IMG/VR virus record: IMGVR_UViG_3300031994_000062
Coordinates: 1-64,000 of that record
Reading direction: 5' to 3' (one strand)
Length of the DNA: 64,000 bases
DNA from: a virus
Taxonomy: Duplodnaviria > Caudoviricetes
The notes below the pieces were generated by a model, which searched no databases, had not been told where the DNA came from, and worked only from the letters and a program-made list of their open reading frames with translations. Positions within the stretch are counted from its first letter, which is position 1; each line of letters opens with the position of its first letter. The position numbers were made by a program, and so were the translations under genes. This document shows, piece by piece, positions 61,040 through 64,000 of the stretch.

Positions 61040-62249
61040 TCCTATAATTATTTTTTAATTTAATACATCCAAATTTCTCATATCCCTTAAATACTTCCAT
61101 CATCCTACGCATACCCAAATGATCAATATTTACATCTGTTTGCTCGATAATGTCGCCTTCATATACCTGTTTACATCCTTCTTTACAACGTTGAATTATC
61201 GTCTTGAGCGTATAAACATCAAGATTCTGAGCTTCGCTTACTATGACCATAGAGTCTGATTCAAACTCGACGCCTCTAATATTTGCCGTTGGTATAATAT
61301 CGATCTTTCCGTCCTCAATTAATCGTTGAACTTCGATGAGATCGCCGAATTTTGAAGCAAGAATATTTCCGATAGATGCAGAATATAAAAGCTTAGTTGT
61401 ATGATCACCTTTTTCATAGCCTAAAGTCCTGGCATGTTTTAAAGGTTCAAAAGAATATACAAAATAACACTTCTTAATTTTACTTTTCTCTAATTTACTC
61501 ATAAAATAAGAAAGCGGAAGAGTAGTCTTTCCGGATCCGGCTCTCCCAAACAATAAAGTGATATCATTTTTGTCAATACTATCCATAGCACATTGCTGTA
61601 TCTGGTCAAGAGGTTTTACTTTGCCAAAATACCTTGACTGAAATGCAGTATATACAACCTTGGTATACTCACCATCGCCCCACTTATATGTGTCGATAAT
61701 TTCACCGTTGTTATTTTTCAAGATAATATATTCATTTCTGACCATGTTATAAATATTCTTGTCGAGATTAGAATAAAAATAAGCCATTTCATCATCGTTC
61801 ATAGATATAACTCTATATCCAGTATACTCATCAATATCGGCAAAATCTAAGTCCTTTGTACCGATGGTATTTAGACCAAATATCTTTCTGGCAATATGCT
61901 TGAGATTTAAATCATTAGATACAAATAAAATAGAAATCTGATGTAATTCCTGATAATAATAAGCAGAAGCAACTATAATATTGTCCGGTCCTGGCTCTAA
62001 TAGCTTCTGTTCTTTTATATATGTAAGAAGGTCAGTATTATATCCTACGACCTCATATTTATCTTCATTCTCATCGAGAAGTCTTGATATCTGACGAGCC
62101 TTATATTTCGTGGCTTCGTCTTTTCTATATGCAGTTTTTATATCTTCAATTTCCTGCAGCGTCATCTGAGAAATTAAAAAATCTTCATCAAACGCGCGAC
62201 TTTGAAGATCCAATATTGAGTTGGTATCGTAAAATTTACGACAATCCAT
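61008..62249 (-). CDS. phoH: PhoH-family protein (PIN + ATPase)
   Basis: N-terminal YDTN...PDNII...FVSNDL PIN domain, GRAGSGKT Walker A, RGVEF, VSEAQNL. Confidence 0.9.
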   Translation of the reverse strand: MDCRKFYDTNSILDLQSRAFDEDFLISQMTLQEIEDIKTAYRKDEATKYKARQISRLLDENEDKYEVVGYNTDLLTYIKEQKLLEPGPDNIIVASAYYYQELHQISILFVSNDLNLKHIARKIFGLNTIGTKDLDFADIDEYTGYRVISMNDDEMAYFYSNLDKNIYNMVRNEYIILKNNNGEIIDTYKWGDGEYTKVVYTAFQSRYFGKVKPLDQIQQCAMDSIDKNDITLLFGRAGSGKTTLPLSYFMSKLEKSKIKKCYFVYSFEPLKHARTLGYEKGDHTTKLLYSASIGNILASKFGDLIEVQRLIEDGKIDIIPTANIRGVEFESDSMVIVSEAQNLDVYTLKTIIQRCKEGCKQVYEGDIIEQTDVNIDHLGMRRMMEVFKGYEKFGCIKLKNNYRSEASEIADKM

Positions 62250-62253
62250 AAGC

Positions 62254-62433
62254 TTAATCCTCCTTAACTATGATGTCTTCTCTATACTTATAAAGCTTTT
62301 TGAGAGCACGAGGATTTTCGGTAAGATAATACCGCTTGGATTTAGATTTATGTGTTTGTGAACTAACATGAACATATTTTCCCATTTTATTTTCTCGCAA
62401 ATAGTCAGCTTCTCGTCTTGCAATTAAAATCAT
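62254..62433 (-). CDS. Small basic hypothetical protein (59 aa)
   Basis: Not in ORF track. MILIARREADYLRENK...KRYYLTE...; contains the phoH RBS at its end. Confidence 0.65.
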   Translation of the reverse strand: MILIARREADYLRENKMGKYVHVSSQTHKSKSKRYYLTENPRALKKLYKYREDIIVKED

Positions 62434-62469
62434 ACTTTCACTACTTTCTTTAATTTATTTTTTTTAAAC

Positions 62470-62490
62470 AAAAAAGGGGCATATGCCCCT
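62470..62490 (-). terminator. Intrinsic terminator closing the ncRNA region
   Basis: aggggc-atat-gcccct followed by tttttt. Confidence 0.8.
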
Positions 62491-62494
62491 ATAT

Positions 62495-63010
62495 AAAAGT
62501 TCAAAAAAGATCACCCCTGATCCTTGAACGAATTTCCCGACACAGAGTCGAACTGTGTTTCTTCCTATATAAATAGGACCACGCAGGAAGTAGGAGAGAA
62601 GAGTAGTAATCTACTCCTCGGTACTCCTTTTAATCCTTTGCTAACGCTGAGATTATGCGTTTCGCAGAAAAAACTTTACGAGCATTATGAGTTCTCTCGT
62701 TATCCACTTACTGCCGTTTCCGCACAATAAGTATTCTCTCATGGCTGCCTTTTTTATAGTGTGGCGATTCACTATTTCTACAAAGCTACTCTACCTTCCC
62801 TATTCCGTTAACGCTGCCGCGCTATAAATTCCCGCTAAGAAAACCGTGCAAGGTCCAATAAACTTATCAGAGTCTTGCGAGACTCCTCAAAGACACCATT
62901 ACATTGCTGCTGGTGTATTAAGCCACTTTCACTTTGCATAGGCACAGACTTTCGCTTTAATAATTTGATCATCTGTCTATTGTAAATAAACCCTGTATCC
63001 AATGGTTCTT
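62495..63010 (-). ncRNA. Large structured ncRNA, ROOL-like candidate
   Basis: No credible ORF. Many helices (62870-62885, 62893-62916, 62756-62775, 62707-62731) and a T-arm ACACAG-UUCGACU-CUGUGU at 62540-62558. Family name comes from recalled resemblance and size. Confidence 0.55.
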
Positions 63011-63039
63011 TTTATTTATAATATGTTTATATACATCCT

Positions 63040-63515
63040 TTGATTACGTGCTGCGCCAGTGGCTTCGTAAACTTTTGATCTACAAAATACCACACGCAAC
63101 CATGCTTTCGGCCCGTTTGCCTACTAACGTCTCATAAGCTAATGGGAAATCCCACTCACTTAATCAATGGATACCGCCCTCGCGCAACGTACACTTGGAC
63201 TGTGTGCATCCTCCTGATTCACCTTCGCATATTCGTAAGTTTGCATGAGCTATCCAGATTGCGGTCCGGAAACCTTCTCTCAGCACTTGCCGTTGATCCG
63301 GCTTATTGCTCCATACTTCATATGTTATATCCGCGCGGGATTTATATACCAGCACGAATCGCCGCCTTTTGAGCGACAGGCATGTCAGTTCTGCTTGAAT
63401 TGACCATTATACCTACAATGGCGACAAATACAAGATGTAAATATTTGCCTTTACGTAAGTCACCCTACGTTATCTGTGTCAAGCCACATTGCATAGATTT
63501 AACGTCCCTATGCAG
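63040..63515 (-). ncRNA. Large structured ncRNA, GOLLD-like candidate
   Basis: Long-range helix 63350-63360 with 63042-63053 encloses ~300 GC-richer nt. A string of hairpins lies at 63361-63514. Family name not verified. Confidence 0.5.
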
Positions 63516-63520
63516 ACGAT

Positions 63521-63591
63521 TGCTACGCCCAGGTACTGCCCCTGGTTAAGACCGGCTTATGAGGCCAGTTAAGATCTTACCTTCCGCCAGC
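63521..63591 (-). tRNA. Degenerate tRNA-Met(CAU)-like element
   Basis: Anticodon arm CUGGC-CUCAUAA-GCCGG, T-arm CCAGG-GGCAGUA-CCUGG with a non-canonical loop, bulged acceptor stem, weak D-arm. Confidence 0.5.
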
Positions 63592-63726
63592 TATGTTATT
63601 TATACTCGCCCCCTCACCAGGTAGAATAGAGGAGGTAACGGTGCGGCAAGAGAGCGAGTTTCTAAAGGAGTGTGAGTTTTATGATCTCACTTCGAGTTGA
63701 TTATATGATTAATATAAACGGCTAAT

Positions 63727-63999
63727 TTATCTTACTAATTCTTTGAAGGAATTAGCAAACTTGCACTTCGGTGCATGTTTAGCCGGGACTGTAATAGCTT
63801 CACCAGTCTGAGGATTCCTGGACTGACGTTCTGCCATGTACTTTCTACTCAGCTTAACACCATCGATAACCTGAATGTCATCGTCGTTATTCAGTGCTTC
63901 AATAACGATTTCACGGATGGCACCAACAACAACCTTGGTGTCCTTCTGTGTAAATCCTGTTTTTTCTGCAATTTTCTTAATAAAATCTGCTTTCTTCAT
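63727..63999 (-). CDS. hup: HU-family histone-like DNA-binding protein
   Basis: MKKADFIKKIAEK...RQSRNPQTGEAITVPAK...PKCKF. Confidence 0.93.
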   Translation of the reverse strand: MKKADFIKKIAEKTGFTQKDTKVVVGAIREIVIEALNNDDDIQVIDGVKLSRKYMAERQSRNPQTGEAITVPAKHAPKCKFANSFKELVR

Positions 64000-64000
64000 T

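Noticed and set aside
63164-63355. 63-aa minus-strand ORF in the HU-phoH gap
   Set aside because: No RBS, and it lies wholly inside the base-paired domain. Better explained as ncRNA.
3509-63372. All plus-strand ORFs and short nested minus-strand ORFs in the ORF track
   Set aside because: They are shadows of long minus-strand genes, intron cores, tRNAs or ncRNAs, with no RBS or recognisable motifs (e.g. 22093..22515 is antisense to the Ala-rich TMP segment).
1-64000. Stop-codon recoding as the cause of split genes
   Set aside because: Very long ORFs are open in the standard code. Each split is explained by an intron or one frameshift.
1-64000. CRISPR array or mini-array
   Set aside because: No regularly spaced repeat-spacer series was seen. 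The repeats found are coding.

Overview
A 64 kb segment of a large, low-GC Firmicutes (probably Clostridia) tailed phage. Every real gene is on the minus strand. Reading in transcription order (right to left): HU; about 1.2 kb of highly structured non-coding sequence (two candidate giant RNAs, GOLLD-like and ROOL-like, plus a degenerate tRNA-Met-like element); phoH; a frameshifted LAGLIDADG gene; clpP; a six-gene cassette of unknown function built around a Gly-rich membrane/coiled-coil protein; a fibre locus whose C-type-lectin-like gene ends in a DGR variable-repeat-like segment; three tRNAs; then an SPbeta-like morphogenesis operon (terminase, portal, head fibres, protease/scaffold, capsid, neck, tail tube, RusA, tape measure, Dit, Tal, fibres, lysis-type membrane protein). 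Four group I introns with inferable splice sites interrupt TerL, two neck genes and the tape measure gene, and each carries a homing endonuclease. Splicing predicts a tape measure of about 4774 aa. A free-standing endonuclease appears to have replaced the 3' end of rusA. All calls come from reading the sequence; no database search was run.
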